Shown here piece after piece: positions 16,408-25,479 of a stretch of DNA of 64,000 nt; position 1 is the stretch's first letter; each line of letters begins with the position of its first letter. The stretch spans positions 41,666-105,665 of the forward strand of contig JAZRZM010000009.1 of assembly GCA_045601385.1 (NCBI GenBank), given 5' to 3'. A program made the translations under genes and the position numbers. The notes below the pieces were generated by a model. That model saw only the letters and a program-made list of their open reading frames with translations, was not told the origin of the DNA and did not search any database. Origin of the DNA: Clostridia bacterium (GTDB lineage: Bacteria > Bacillota > Clostridia > Christensenellales > DTU072).

Positions 16408-17667
16408 GTGATAAAAGTAGCGATTATCGGATTGGGCGGTCGCGGCGGCATGTACGGGGATAATTTGCAGTCGAATCCCGAAGCGAAAATCGTCGCGGTA
16501 TGCGATCCGAACGATAAATTGAGAGAAAAAAAGAAAGCCGAGTGGGGCGTCCCGGACGAAAACTCCTTTCGCAATGCGGACGATTTTTTTGCCCGTCAAA
16601 AATGCGCGGATGTCGTCCTGATTTGTTCGCCCGATCGGTTTCATTATCAACAGACAATGGCGGCGTTGAAGACGGGCTATCACGTTCAACTGGAAAAGCC
16701 GATAGCAAAGACGCTTGCCGAGGCTATGGAAATCGAGCGTTTCGCTCGGGAAAAGAACCTGACCGTGTTCGTGTGTTACGTCCTGCGATATTCGGCGTAT
16801 TTCAAAAAGATAAAAGAAATCGTCGCAAGTGGCATAATCGGCGAGGTTAAACAGATCCAGCAGACGGAAAACGTCGATTACCGTCACTATTGCCGTTCTT
16901 ACGTGCGCGGACAGTGGAAAAACGAAGACAGTTCTTCCTCCTATCTTGCGGCGAAGTGCTCGCACGATATGGACCTTCTTTGCTGGTATGCCGGGAGCAA
17001 GCCGAAATATGTTACTTCGTTTGCCGATTTGACCTTTTATACGGCTGAAAACAAACCGAGCGGGGCTACCGACACATGCGACGACTGCCCGTATGCCAAG
17101 AAAGGAGTCTGCCGCTACAACGCGTATAACACCTATTATTTGCAGGATAAGAAACAGCAGCGGAAAGACTTTTTCCGCTCCGAGAAGCAAAAAAAAGAGC
17201 GTTATGCAAAAATTCCGCCGGAACAGCGGGTATGCGTTTTTTCGGCGGGAAACGACGTGATGAATCGTCAGTCGGTGCAGATTTTGATGGAAAACGGCGT
17301 TCAATGCACGTTTACGACGAGTTCTTTCCACGAAAACGGCGGCAGAAACGTCTATATCCAAGGCACGAAAGGCGAACTGTATGCCGAACAGTACACGACG
17401 AAAATCAAGGTGTATACCGACGATAATAAAGTCAGGACGTATCGGCTCGGGTGCGCGATGAGAAAAAGCGGACACGCCGGCGGAGACAGAGGGACGGTGT
17501 TTACTTTCTGCGACCTAATGTCGGGCAAGGTAAAACCGAGCGACGTCTCGTGTATCGGACAGTCGATAGACAGTCAGATACTCTGCGAGTTTGCCGAATT
17601 GAGCCAGAAAAACGGCGGCGTCCTTATCGATATCGCGCAGGAACTGTCAAAGATGCAACAGGAGTAA
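16408..17667 (+). CDS. Gfo/Idh/MocA-family NAD(P)-dependent oxidoreductase
   Basis: GTG start. N-terminal Rossmann IKVAIIGLGGRGGMYG and the EKP motif (VQLEKPIA). Confidence 0.85.
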   Translation: MIKVAIIGLGGRGGMYGDNLQSNPEAKIVAVCDPNDKLREKKKAEWGVPDENSFRNADDFFARQKCADVVLICSPDRFHYQQTMAALKTGYHVQLEKPIAKTLAEAMEIERFAREKNLTVFVCYVLRYSAYFKKIKEIVASGIIGEVKQIQQTENVDYRHYCRSYVRGQWKNEDSSSSYLAAKCSHDMDLLCWYAGSKPKYVTSFADLTFYTAENKPSGATDTCDDCPYAKKGVCRYNAYNTYYLQDKKQQRKDFFRSEKQKKERYAKIPPEQRVCVFSAGNDVMNRQSVQILMENGVQCTFTTSSFHENGGRNVYIQGTKGELYAEQYTTKIKVYTDDNKVRTYRLGCAMRKSGHAGGDRGTVFTFCDLMSGKVKPSDVSCIGQSIDSQILCEFAELSQKNGGVLIDIAQELSKMQQE

Positions 17668-17672
17668 AATCG

Positions 17673-20036
17673 ATGGAAAATAAAGTATTTTTATCCGAGA
17701 AATTCGTCTCGGCAAAACAGGGGTTGAATACGATAACAAGGCACGTCCCGGCACCGTATATCAGAAAGACGTTCGACGCCAAAAAAGGCATAGCGCGTCT
17801 TACCGTGACGGCAACAGGCTTTTACCGCGCTTTTGTCAACGGCAAGGAAATAACGCGAAGCATCCTTGCGCCGTATATGACCAATCCCAATCACTATATG
17901 TTTTACGATACCTACGAAATAGAACTGGTCGACGGGAAGAACGCGGTCGGCTTTATTTTGGGTAACGGACTTGCCAACAGCCTCGATTATAACGTCTGGG
18001 CTTTTGAAAAAGCCTCGTTCAGAAGCGTGCCGAAAGTCGCTTTCGCGGTGGAAACGGGCGAAACGGTCGTGGAAGCGGACGGGGCGAAGACCTATCCGTC
18101 TCCCGTCACGTTCGACGATCTGCACGCGGGGGAATACTACGACAAACGCTTGGAGATAGCCGATTTTTCCTGTCCGTCCTACTGTGACGACGACTGGCAG
18201 GAAACGGTGGAAGCAAGCGCGCCGCAAGGGGAAAAGGTGCTTTCGACCGTTCCGCCGATCGTGACGGAAAAAGAATTGAAAGCCGTGTCCGTAAAACCGT
18301 GCGACGGCGGCTATGTGTACGACTTCGGGTATACTTCGGCGGGGAATATGCGCCTGAAATTGCATAACGCTACCGAGGGGCAAAAAGTAAGATACGTTCA
18401 TACCGAAGTCACCAAAAACGGAAAACCGATTATCGATACTCTTGTTTGCGGCAGAATGAAAACGAATCAAACGTTTGAATACACGGCGAAAGGCTTGGAA
18501 GAAGAGGTTTACGAACCGTTCTTTACCTTTGTCGGCTGTCGGTACGTGTTCGTCACCGGCATTACCGAAGAGCAGGCGACGAAAGACTTGTTTACTTTCA
18601 AAATCATGCACGCCGCCGTTTCGGAGACAGGCTTTTTCCGTTGCAGCGATATAGTCGCCAATAAAATCGAAGGGATTGTCAAGAATTCCGACAAGTCGAA
18701 TCTTTTTTACTATCCGACCGACTGTCCGCACCGTGAAAAGAACGGTTGGACGGGGGACGCGTCCCTGTCGTGCGAACACTATCTCGCCAATTTCGACGTA
18801 AGAAAGAATTTTGAAACGTGGCTGATGCTGGTGCGGAAAGCGCAGCGCGCCGACGGCGCTTTGCCGGGAATCGTACCCACCGACACGTGGGGCTTCGTGT
18901 GGGGAAACGGACCTTGCTGGGACAAAGTCCTCATCGAATTACCCTATCAGATTTACCGCTTGTACGGCGATAAACGGGTAATAAACGACAATGCCGACTG
19001 TATTTATAAATATTTGAAATATACGCAGAAAAAGTTAAACCCGGAGGGGCTTGCCGACTTTGGGCTTGCCGGCGACTGGGTGCAACCGTATTGCCTCGCG
19101 CCGTTCCCGTACGCGCCGAGAAAGGTCACCAATACGTTGAGCCTGATCGATACATGCCAAAAAGCGCGGAAAATGTTTTTGGCGATCGGAGATACGGAAA
19201 AAGCCGATTTTTGCAAGAAATACGGCGAAAAACTGAAAGAAAGATTCCGTCGGGTTTTGGTTAATCCTCACACCTTGCGCGTACGCGGAAACTGTCAGAC
19301 GTCGCAAGCGGGCGCGATTTTTTGCGGAATTTTTACCGAAGCGGAGAAAGCGAAAGCCGGCGCGGTGCTTGTCGGCATCATCAAGCGCGACGGATACACG
19401 CTGAACACCGGTTTTTACGGTACGCGCGTACTTTTGCACGCTCTCGATATGATCGGGCAGAACGAACTTGCCTACAAACTGATTACGCAGACGAACTACC
19501 CGTCCTACGGCTATATGATTTCGGTCGGTTCGACTTCGCTTTGGGAAACGTTCGAGAAAGTCGAAGTCGCGTCGAACGGAGATATTTACCGTCGCAATGT
19601 CTATCCGCACCCGTCGCAAGCGCCGAATTTTGTCAGAGCGATCCATTTTGCATGGATGCGTTTTTGCAACAAACTGAATCCGAAGCGTGAAATCGGGCGC
19701 GTATCGTCGCTCAATCACCACGCTTTCGGCGACGTCAGCAACTATTTCAAACGCGTCGTCTGCGGACTGCGCGTCAACGACTCCTGCACCGACGTGCAAA
19801 GAGTGGACGTAAAGCCCTTTTTCGTCAGCACCCTTTCCTTTGCCGAAGCGTCGAGGAAAGTTGACGGCGGCGTAATCTTTGTCCGTTGGACGCGGAAAAA
19901 AGGAAAAGTCGAACTGGTCTGCGACGTACCGCAAGGCTTGCACGGTTCGGTTTTTGCTCCGGAAGGGTACGCTTTCGAGAACGGCGCGACGGAAATGGAA
20001 TTGAAGACGGGAAAATATATTTTTTGTAAGGAGTGA
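17673..20036 (+). CDS. alpha-L-rhamnosidase (GH78 family), no signal peptide
   Basis: N-domain pattern PAPYIRKTF...TATGFYRAFVNGKEI and catalytic-domain block YYPTDCPHREKNGWTGDA. Start moved to the ATG at 17673 (the upstream frame overlaps the previous gene). Confidence 0.85.
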   Translation: MENKVFLSEKFVSAKQGLNTITRHVPAPYIRKTFDAKKGIARLTVTATGFYRAFVNGKEITRSILAPYMTNPNHYMFYDTYEIELVDGKNAVGFILGNGLANSLDYNVWAFEKASFRSVPKVAFAVETGETVVEADGAKTYPSPVTFDDLHAGEYYDKRLEIADFSCPSYCDDDWQETVEASAPQGEKVLSTVPPIVTEKELKAVSVKPCDGGYVYDFGYTSAGNMRLKLHNATEGQKVRYVHTEVTKNGKPIIDTLVCGRMKTNQTFEYTAKGLEEEVYEPFFTFVGCRYVFVTGITEEQATKDLFTFKIMHAAVSETGFFRCSDIVANKIEGIVKNSDKSNLFYYPTDCPHREKNGWTGDASLSCEHYLANFDVRKNFETWLMLVRKAQRADGALPGIVPTDTWGFVWGNGPCWDKVLIELPYQIYRLYGDKRVINDNADCIYKYLKYTQKKLNPEGLADFGLAGDWVQPYCLAPFPYAPRKVTNTLSLIDTCQKARKMFLAIGDTEKADFCKKYGEKLKERFRRVLVNPHTLRVRGNCQTSQAGAIFCGIFTEAEKAKAGAVLVGIIKRDGYTLNTGFYGTRVLLHALDMIGQNELAYKLITQTNYPSYGYMISVGSTSLWETFEKVEVASNGDIYRRNVYPHPSQAPNFVRAIHFAWMRFCNKLNPKREIGRVSSLNHHAFGDVSNYFKRVVCGLRVNDSCTDVQRVDVKPFFVSTLSFAEASRKVDGGVIFVRWTRKKGKVELVCDVPQGLHGSVFAPEGYAFENGATEMELKTGKYIFCKE

Positions 20037-20038
20037 TT

Positions 20039-20644
20039 ATGAGACATCAACGTCAGATTCGTATGTGTTGGTTGAGAAAGGAGCCGGTTCCGGCTTATTT
20101 CCCCGAGGGATACACGGTGGAAAACTATAACAAAAGCGAGGAACACCGTCGGGCGTTTTATCGCTTATGGGAGGGTAAGGATGGTACCAAAGAGCAGGTT
20201 GACGCTTCGATGCGTTCGGCTTTCGAGACCTACCGCGACTGCATACCCGAAAAGGACATTTTCTTTGTCCGTTACGGCGGAGAACTGATCGGGACCATTA
20301 CCGCCATATATCATCCGAAAGAAAACGCCGGATATGTCCATATGGTCGCTTTGCGGGAGGACTTCCGCGGCAAACATCTTGCCCGTCCTCTTAATTATAT
20401 CGCGATGAAAAAGATCTACGAAGACGGCGGCTCGTATGCCTACTTGACGACGAACGACTGGCGAGAAAACGCGATTCGGGGCTACATACATGCTGGTTTC
20501 GTACCCCAAATGAACGCAATACTGCCACGCGAAAAGAAAAAAATCATCGACAGATGGAGAAAGATTTACGAAAAACTCGACTTGGGAGAACTCGTCATTT
20601 TGTCGAGAAAAAAGAGAAAGCCGATTTCTTTGGATAGGAACTGA
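20039..20644 (+). CDS. GNAT-family N-acetyltransferase
   Basis: Acetyl-CoA-binding-type block VALREDFRGKHLARPL and C-terminal GFVP. ATG lies 5 nt after AAGGAG (GTG 20033 is an alternative start). Confidence 0.8.
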   Translation: MRHQRQIRMCWLRKEPVPAYFPEGYTVENYNKSEEHRRAFYRLWEGKDGTKEQVDASMRSAFETYRDCIPEKDIFFVRYGGELIGTITAIYHPKENAGYVHMVALREDFRGKHLARPLNYIAMKKIYEDGGSYAYLTTNDWRENAIRGYIHAGFVPQMNAILPREKKKIIDRWRKIYEKLDLGELVILSRKKRKPISLDRN

Positions 20645-20645
20645 A

Positions 20646-21932
20646 ATGAAAGCGATAAAAATAGGCGTTGTGGGCGCAGGGCGCGGCAGTAGCATGATGC
20701 GATATTGCCTTAAAAACAAGGACGCCGTTCTGACGGCTATCTGCGACTGCTATCGACCGCTTTTGGAAGAAAGAAAAAAAGAATTCGGTAAAAAAGGGAA
20801 GAATATCGCCTATTTTACCGACTACGATGAGTTTTTGGAAAAAGCGGATATCGACGCCGTCGTGTTGGCAAACTACGCCAACGATCACGCGCCTTTCGCC
20901 GTCAAAGCGTTGAAAAAAGGCAAGCACGTACTCAGCGAGGTGTTGCCGTGCGAGACACTGAACGAGGCGGTCGAACTGGTTGACGCGGTGGAAGAGAGCG
21001 GCCTTGTCTACGACTATTCCGAAAATTATTGCTATTTCGGCGTTTCGCGGGAAATGAAACGTTTGTATCAAAAAGGCGTGCTCGGCAATTTTGAGTACGG
21101 CGAGGGAGAATACGTCCACAACTGCGAAGACTGCTGGGCGGATCTGACGCGCGCCGACAAGAATCACTGGCGCAACACAAAGAGCGCGTTTTTTTACTGT
21201 ACGCATTCCGCCGGACCGATTATTCACAGCACCGGTCTGCGCCCCGTCAAGGTCAAAGGAATCGAGGGAAAGTACAGTGAAAAAATGAAGAATCTCGGCG
21301 CGGGCGGCGCGTCGATCGCCGTCGAGATGGTCACGCTCGAAAACGGCGGCATATTCAAGAGTATCCACGGCGGCGGACTTTGTTCGAGTTCGATCTGGTA
21401 TTCTTTTTACGGTACGAAAGCCCATCTCGAATCGGCACGCGAGCCGTCGAGAACGGTTCGGGAAGCGGTCGGGAAAGTGTATATCGAACGAAAAGACGAT
21501 TTTCGGTCGTATACGGTAAAAAACGACAGACGATCTTATTGTATGGGACACGGCGGATCGGATTGGTACACAATGAACAATTTTATCCGAAAAATAAACG
21601 GGCAGGAAGCCGACGCGATCGACGTATACGAAGCGCTCGATATGTATTTTGTCGGCTATTTCGGATTTTTGTCTGCGTTTGACGGTGGAAAAGAAAAAGA
21701 AATACCCGATTTTCGAGATAAAAGCGTGCGAGAAAAGTATCGGGGCGACACGACTTGTTGCACGCCGAAAAAGGCAGGCAAATCGGTTCAGCCGTCCAAT
21801 ACGCAAGGCGGTATGGATTGCCCGGCGGAGGCATACGAAAACATGAAAAAACAATTAGGGCGGACGAAAGACAAAAAGACTTCGCTTGTAACCATAGTGA
21901 AAAACTTTTTGAACCGTCGTAAGCCCTTATAA
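20646..21932 (+). CDS. Gfo/Idh/MocA-family oxidoreductase (tandem paralog 1)
   Basis: KIGVVGAGRGSSMM Rossmann motif and KHVLSEVLP. Roughly two-thirds identical by eye to the next gene. Confidence 0.85.
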   Translation: MKAIKIGVVGAGRGSSMMRYCLKNKDAVLTAICDCYRPLLEERKKEFGKKGKNIAYFTDYDEFLEKADIDAVVLANYANDHAPFAVKALKKGKHVLSEVLPCETLNEAVELVDAVEESGLVYDYSENYCYFGVSREMKRLYQKGVLGNFEYGEGEYVHNCEDCWADLTRADKNHWRNTKSAFFYCTHSAGPIIHSTGLRPVKVKGIEGKYSEKMKNLGAGGASIAVEMVTLENGGIFKSIHGGGLCSSSIWYSFYGTKAHLESAREPSRTVREAVGKVYIERKDDFRSYTVKNDRRSYCMGHGGSDWYTMNNFIRKINGQEADAIDVYEALDMYFVGYFGFLSAFDGGKEKEIPDFRDKSVREKYRGDTTCCTPKKAGKSVQPSNTQGGMDCPAEAYENMKKQLGRTKDKKTSLVTIVKNFLNRRKPL

Positions 21933-21946
21933 AATAAGGAGACAAT

Positions 21947-23281
21947 ATGGAAAAATTCAAACCGGTAAAAATCGGCGTTATGGGCGCCGGCCGCGGTAGC
22001 ACGATGATGCGCTACTGTCTGACAAATCCCGACGCCGTGCTGACGGCTATCTGTGATCGGAGCGAAGAACTCTTGGCGCGGAAGAAAAAAGAATTCGGCA
22101 AAAAAGGAAAAGACATACAGTACTTTACCGACTTTGACGAGTTTCTGCAAAATGCCGACGTGGACGCCGTCGTACTGGCAAACTACGCCAACGACCACGC
22201 GCCGTACGCCATAAAATGTATGGAAGCGGGTAAACACGTGCTCAGCGAGGTATTGCCGGTGGAGACGCTGAAAGAAGCGGTCGAACTGTGCGAATGCGTC
22301 GAACGCACGGGCAAAACCTATGCGTACGCCGAAAACTATTGCTATTTTTCTTCCACGCGCGAAATGAAACGGTTGTTTGACAACGGCACGTTGGGAGAAT
22401 TCGAGTACGGCGAAGGCGAATACGTCCACGATTGCCAACCCGGCTGGCAAGGCTTGACGCACGGGTGCGACGAAACGCACTGGCGTAACGTGATGAGCGC
22501 GTTTTACTATTGTACGCACTCCGCCGGTCCGCTTGTACATATGGTTCGCAAAAAAGGAATACGCCCGGTTAAGGTATCCGGAACGGAAGGTATGTATAAC
22601 CAAAGAGCCAAAGATATGTGCGCTTGCGGCTCTTCTGTCGCAGTGGAAATGGTCACGCTGTCGAACGGGGGCGTCTTTAAGAGCGTCCACGGTTTGTCCC
22701 TTTCCGGCAACAATATCTGGTACAACGCATACGGCAGCAAAGGCAGAGCGGAATCGGCGCGCGAGTATGCCGGCTTTACGCTCAAACCGCCGCTGTACCG
22801 CTTGTACGTGAATTGCGACGCGGACGAAAACAACGCGTTTACCAAACGTCACGCCTATTTCCCGAAGATGGATTTGCGCGCGCGGAAATTCGGTCACAGC
22901 GGTTCCGACTGGTACATTATGCATAACTTCTGCAAAAAGATTAACGGGCTCGAAGCCGATACCGTAGACGTATACGAAGCGCTCGATATGTATTTTGTCG
23001 GTCACTTCGGTTACCTGTCCGCATTGGAAGGTAGAGTGATGGAGATACCCGATTTTTCCAAGAAAGAAGAACGGGAAAAGTATCGGAACGACACCCGTTG
23101 TCCCGATCCGAAAAAAGCGGGCGAGCAGTTGATCCCGGCGAACGGTCACGGCGTGACGGAGCACGACGAAGAGCGCAGAGCGTATCTACATAACAAGTGG
23201 AAAAATCCGCCGAAAGTCGGGTTTATCAAAGGTCGCGTTAAAGAGTTTATTAAGTATCTCAACAGAGGTCCGATTCACTGA
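21947..23281 (+). CDS. Gfo/Idh/MocA-family oxidoreductase (tandem paralog 2)
   Basis: KIGVMGAGRGSTMM Rossmann motif. Collinear with 20646-21932 over its whole length. AAGGAG RBS. Confidence 0.85.
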   Translation: MEKFKPVKIGVMGAGRGSTMMRYCLTNPDAVLTAICDRSEELLARKKKEFGKKGKDIQYFTDFDEFLQNADVDAVVLANYANDHAPYAIKCMEAGKHVLSEVLPVETLKEAVELCECVERTGKTYAYAENYCYFSSTREMKRLFDNGTLGEFEYGEGEYVHDCQPGWQGLTHGCDETHWRNVMSAFYYCTHSAGPLVHMVRKKGIRPVKVSGTEGMYNQRAKDMCACGSSVAVEMVTLSNGGVFKSVHGLSLSGNNIWYNAYGSKGRAESAREYAGFTLKPPLYRLYVNCDADENNAFTKRHAYFPKMDLRARKFGHSGSDWYIMHNFCKKINGLEADTVDVYEALDMYFVGHFGYLSALEGRVMEIPDFSKKEEREKYRNDTRCPDPKKAGEQLIPANGHGVTEHDEERRAYLHNKWKNPPKVGFIKGRVKEFIKYLNRGPIH

Positions 23282-23299
23282 CAAAGGAGGAATGAATAC

Positions 23300-24265
23300 A
23301 TGTGTTTCAACGGGGGGAAAAAACTCGGATTATCCGCTTTGCGTAACTTGCCGTCCACGGGTTTTTTGCCGACGGCCGAGCAGGCGGAAAGGGCGACATG
23401 CTACAAGAGAGTCGTCATTTTCGGCGTGGACGGCGCGGGAGACTATTTTAATAAGTGCGACGTGCCGAATTTCCGACGTATATACGAATCCGGATCGGTG
23501 ACGTATACCGCGCTCAGTCAGTTCCCGACGATCAGCGCGCAGAATTGGACGTCCGTTTTGCACGGCGTGCGGTATCAAACGCATCGGATTACGAACGAAA
23601 TCGCGGCGGTTGTTCCTTATTCCAAAAATAAATATCCGTCCCTTTTCAAAGTATATTCACTGAGCCACCCGGAAGCGAAATTCGCTTCCGTCGTTAATTG
23701 GTTCCCGATCAACAGGGGTATCGTGGAAGTCGGCATAAAGGGAATGAAAAAAATAAACGCCGGCGCCGTGGTCAAAGGCGAAAAAACGACGGACAGGATC
23801 GACGAAACGGTCGTAAGCGAAGTCAAACGCTATATATCGGAAAACGATCCGACAATCCTGTTTACCCATTTTGACGGGCCCGATCATGCCGGTCACGCGC
23901 ATGGGTACGGATCGAAAGAATACGAAAAAGCGGTGCAAAAAGCCGATACCTATCTCGGTGAGATATTCGACGCCTATCGGAAAAACGGTTGGGATAAAGA
24001 CACCCTGTTTATCACCGTCAGCGATCACGGTCATGTGATTCCGAAAGATGAAAAAAGCGGCGGCGGTCACGGCGGTTGGACGGAAACGGAACGTAACGTC
24101 ACGATTGCCGTTTCGGGCGGTTTGGGGGATATCATTCCCGGAAATATGGGCGCTTCCTCCACGCTTGACGTTGCGTCGATCGCTTTGTATGCCCTCGGAG
24201 AAACGCAACCTGATTCGTGGGAAAGCAGAGTGCCCGAAAACATTTTTAACACGTTAAAAAAATAA
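23300..24265 (+). CDS. alkaline-phosphatase-superfamily enzyme (type I phosphodiesterase/nucleotide pyrophosphatase-like), paralog 1
   Basis: Metal/nucleophile motifs VIFGVDGAG, FPTISAQNWTS (Thr nucleophile position), HFDGPDHAGHAHGYGS, VSDHGH. AAGGAGG RBS. Confidence 0.8.
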   Translation: MCFNGGKKLGLSALRNLPSTGFLPTAEQAERATCYKRVVIFGVDGAGDYFNKCDVPNFRRIYESGSVTYTALSQFPTISAQNWTSVLHGVRYQTHRITNEIAAVVPYSKNKYPSLFKVYSLSHPEAKFASVVNWFPINRGIVEVGIKGMKKINAGAVVKGEKTTDRIDETVVSEVKRYISENDPTILFTHFDGPDHAGHAHGYGSKEYEKAVQKADTYLGEIFDAYRKNGWDKDTLFITVSDHGHVIPKDEKSGGGHGGWTETERNVTIAVSGGLGDIIPGNMGASSTLDVASIALYALGETQPDSWESRVPENIFNTLKK

Positions 24266-24281
24266 AAAAGGAGATAAAACT

Positions 24282-25304
24282 ATGAAAGCATTTTTTCAGA
24301 ATGTAGGCAAAGTGATAAAGGCGCACAAGATCGTTACTTGTCTTATCGCGCTTCTTATCGCGCTCGTGATCGTGTTTTCTTGTTTGGGTGCGCTTATCTT
24401 TAACCGCTATTCGGTCGGTACGGTACCCACAGACAGCGATTTGGCAGCCCTGAAAGCCAATAATCAGGTGTACAGCCGTGTGGTTATTTTTGGCGTCGAC
24501 GGGGCGGGCGGCTACTTCGGTGACTGCGATACGCCGAGTTTCGACCGCATCTTCGAAGGCGGTTCCGTTACGTATAACGGGATGTCGCAGACGCCTACCG
24601 TATCCGCGCAGAACTGGGCGGCGATGCTCCACGGCGTGCGCTATCAGAAGCACGGTATCGATAACGAGAAAGCGGGCTCGCAGGATTATTCCAACAAGAA
24701 ATATCCGTCCGTGTTCAAGGTGTACGACGATCGTCATCCGGGGACGACCTTTGCTTCCGTCTGTAACTGGGGGCCCATCAATAAGGGAATTGTCGAAAAG
24801 GACTTGAACGGTATGACTCGTATCAATGCCGGCGAGGATCTTGACGACGGCGAGGACGTGGACGCCGAGGTTAAAAACAAAGTCGTCGAATATGTCCAAA
24901 CGAACGATCCGAAAATTCTGTTTATGCAATTCGACGGCGTCGATCACGCCGGGCACAGCCACGGATACGGCAGCAAAGAGTTTGAAGAAGAGGTGCAACA
25001 CGTGGACGGTCTGATGGGTGAAATCTATGACGCCTATGTCGCAAACGGCTGGCAGAACGACACGCTGTTTATTTGCGTTTCCGATCACGGACATACAAAA
25101 ATAGGCGGACACGGCGGCAATACGGTCACCGAACGTAATGTTACGGTAGCCGTAAACGGCGGTTTGGGTAATATTATTCCCGGTACACCCGGCAAGGTCG
25201 TCACGCAGGACATCGCCGCGATCGTCTTCTACGGACTCGGTGAAAAGCAACACGAGAACTGGGAATGCAAAGTCCCCTCGAATATGTTCAGCGGTTTGAA
25301 CTAA
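24282..25304 (+). CDS. alkaline-phosphatase-superfamily enzyme, membrane-anchored paralog 2
   Basis: Same motif set (VIFGVDGAG, TPTVSAQNWAA, QFDGVDHAGHSHGYGS, VSDHGH), plus an N-terminal TM helix IVTCLIALLIALVIVF. Confidence 0.8.
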   Translation: MKAFFQNVGKVIKAHKIVTCLIALLIALVIVFSCLGALIFNRYSVGTVPTDSDLAALKANNQVYSRVVIFGVDGAGGYFGDCDTPSFDRIFEGGSVTYNGMSQTPTVSAQNWAAMLHGVRYQKHGIDNEKAGSQDYSNKKYPSVFKVYDDRHPGTTFASVCNWGPINKGIVEKDLNGMTRINAGEDLDDGEDVDAEVKNKVVEYVQTNDPKILFMQFDGVDHAGHSHGYGSKEFEEEVQHVDGLMGEIYDAYVANGWQNDTLFICVSDHGHTKIGGHGGNTVTERNVTVAVNGGLGNIIPGTPGKVVTQDIAAIVFYGLGEKQHENWECKVPSNMFSGLN

Positions 25305-25334
25305 ACGTTTTTTATTTCGGAAACAATAAAAAAC

Positions 25335-25368
25335 AAACGCTTTCGCCGTCGTGCGGAGGCGTTTTTTT
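25335..25368 (+). terminator. rho-independent terminator
   Basis: Stem AAACGCTTTCGC / GCGGAGGCGTTT (with G-U pairs), followed by T7. Confidence 0.65.
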
Positions 25369-25402
25369 ATCTTAATTATTCTTGAAACGGCGGTATGCGT
25401 TC

Positions 25403-25431
25403 TTGACCGACATCATAGATTATGGTATAAT
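25403..25431 (+). promoter_or_regulatory. sigma-70 promoter of the ABC exporter operon
   Basis: TTGACC (25403-25408), 17-nt spacer, TATAAT (25426-25431), with TGG extended -10. Confidence 0.65.
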
Positions 25432-25479
25432 CCGTATTTAGTTTTTATTCGGCTGAATAAGCAAAAAAAAGGGGGAAAA

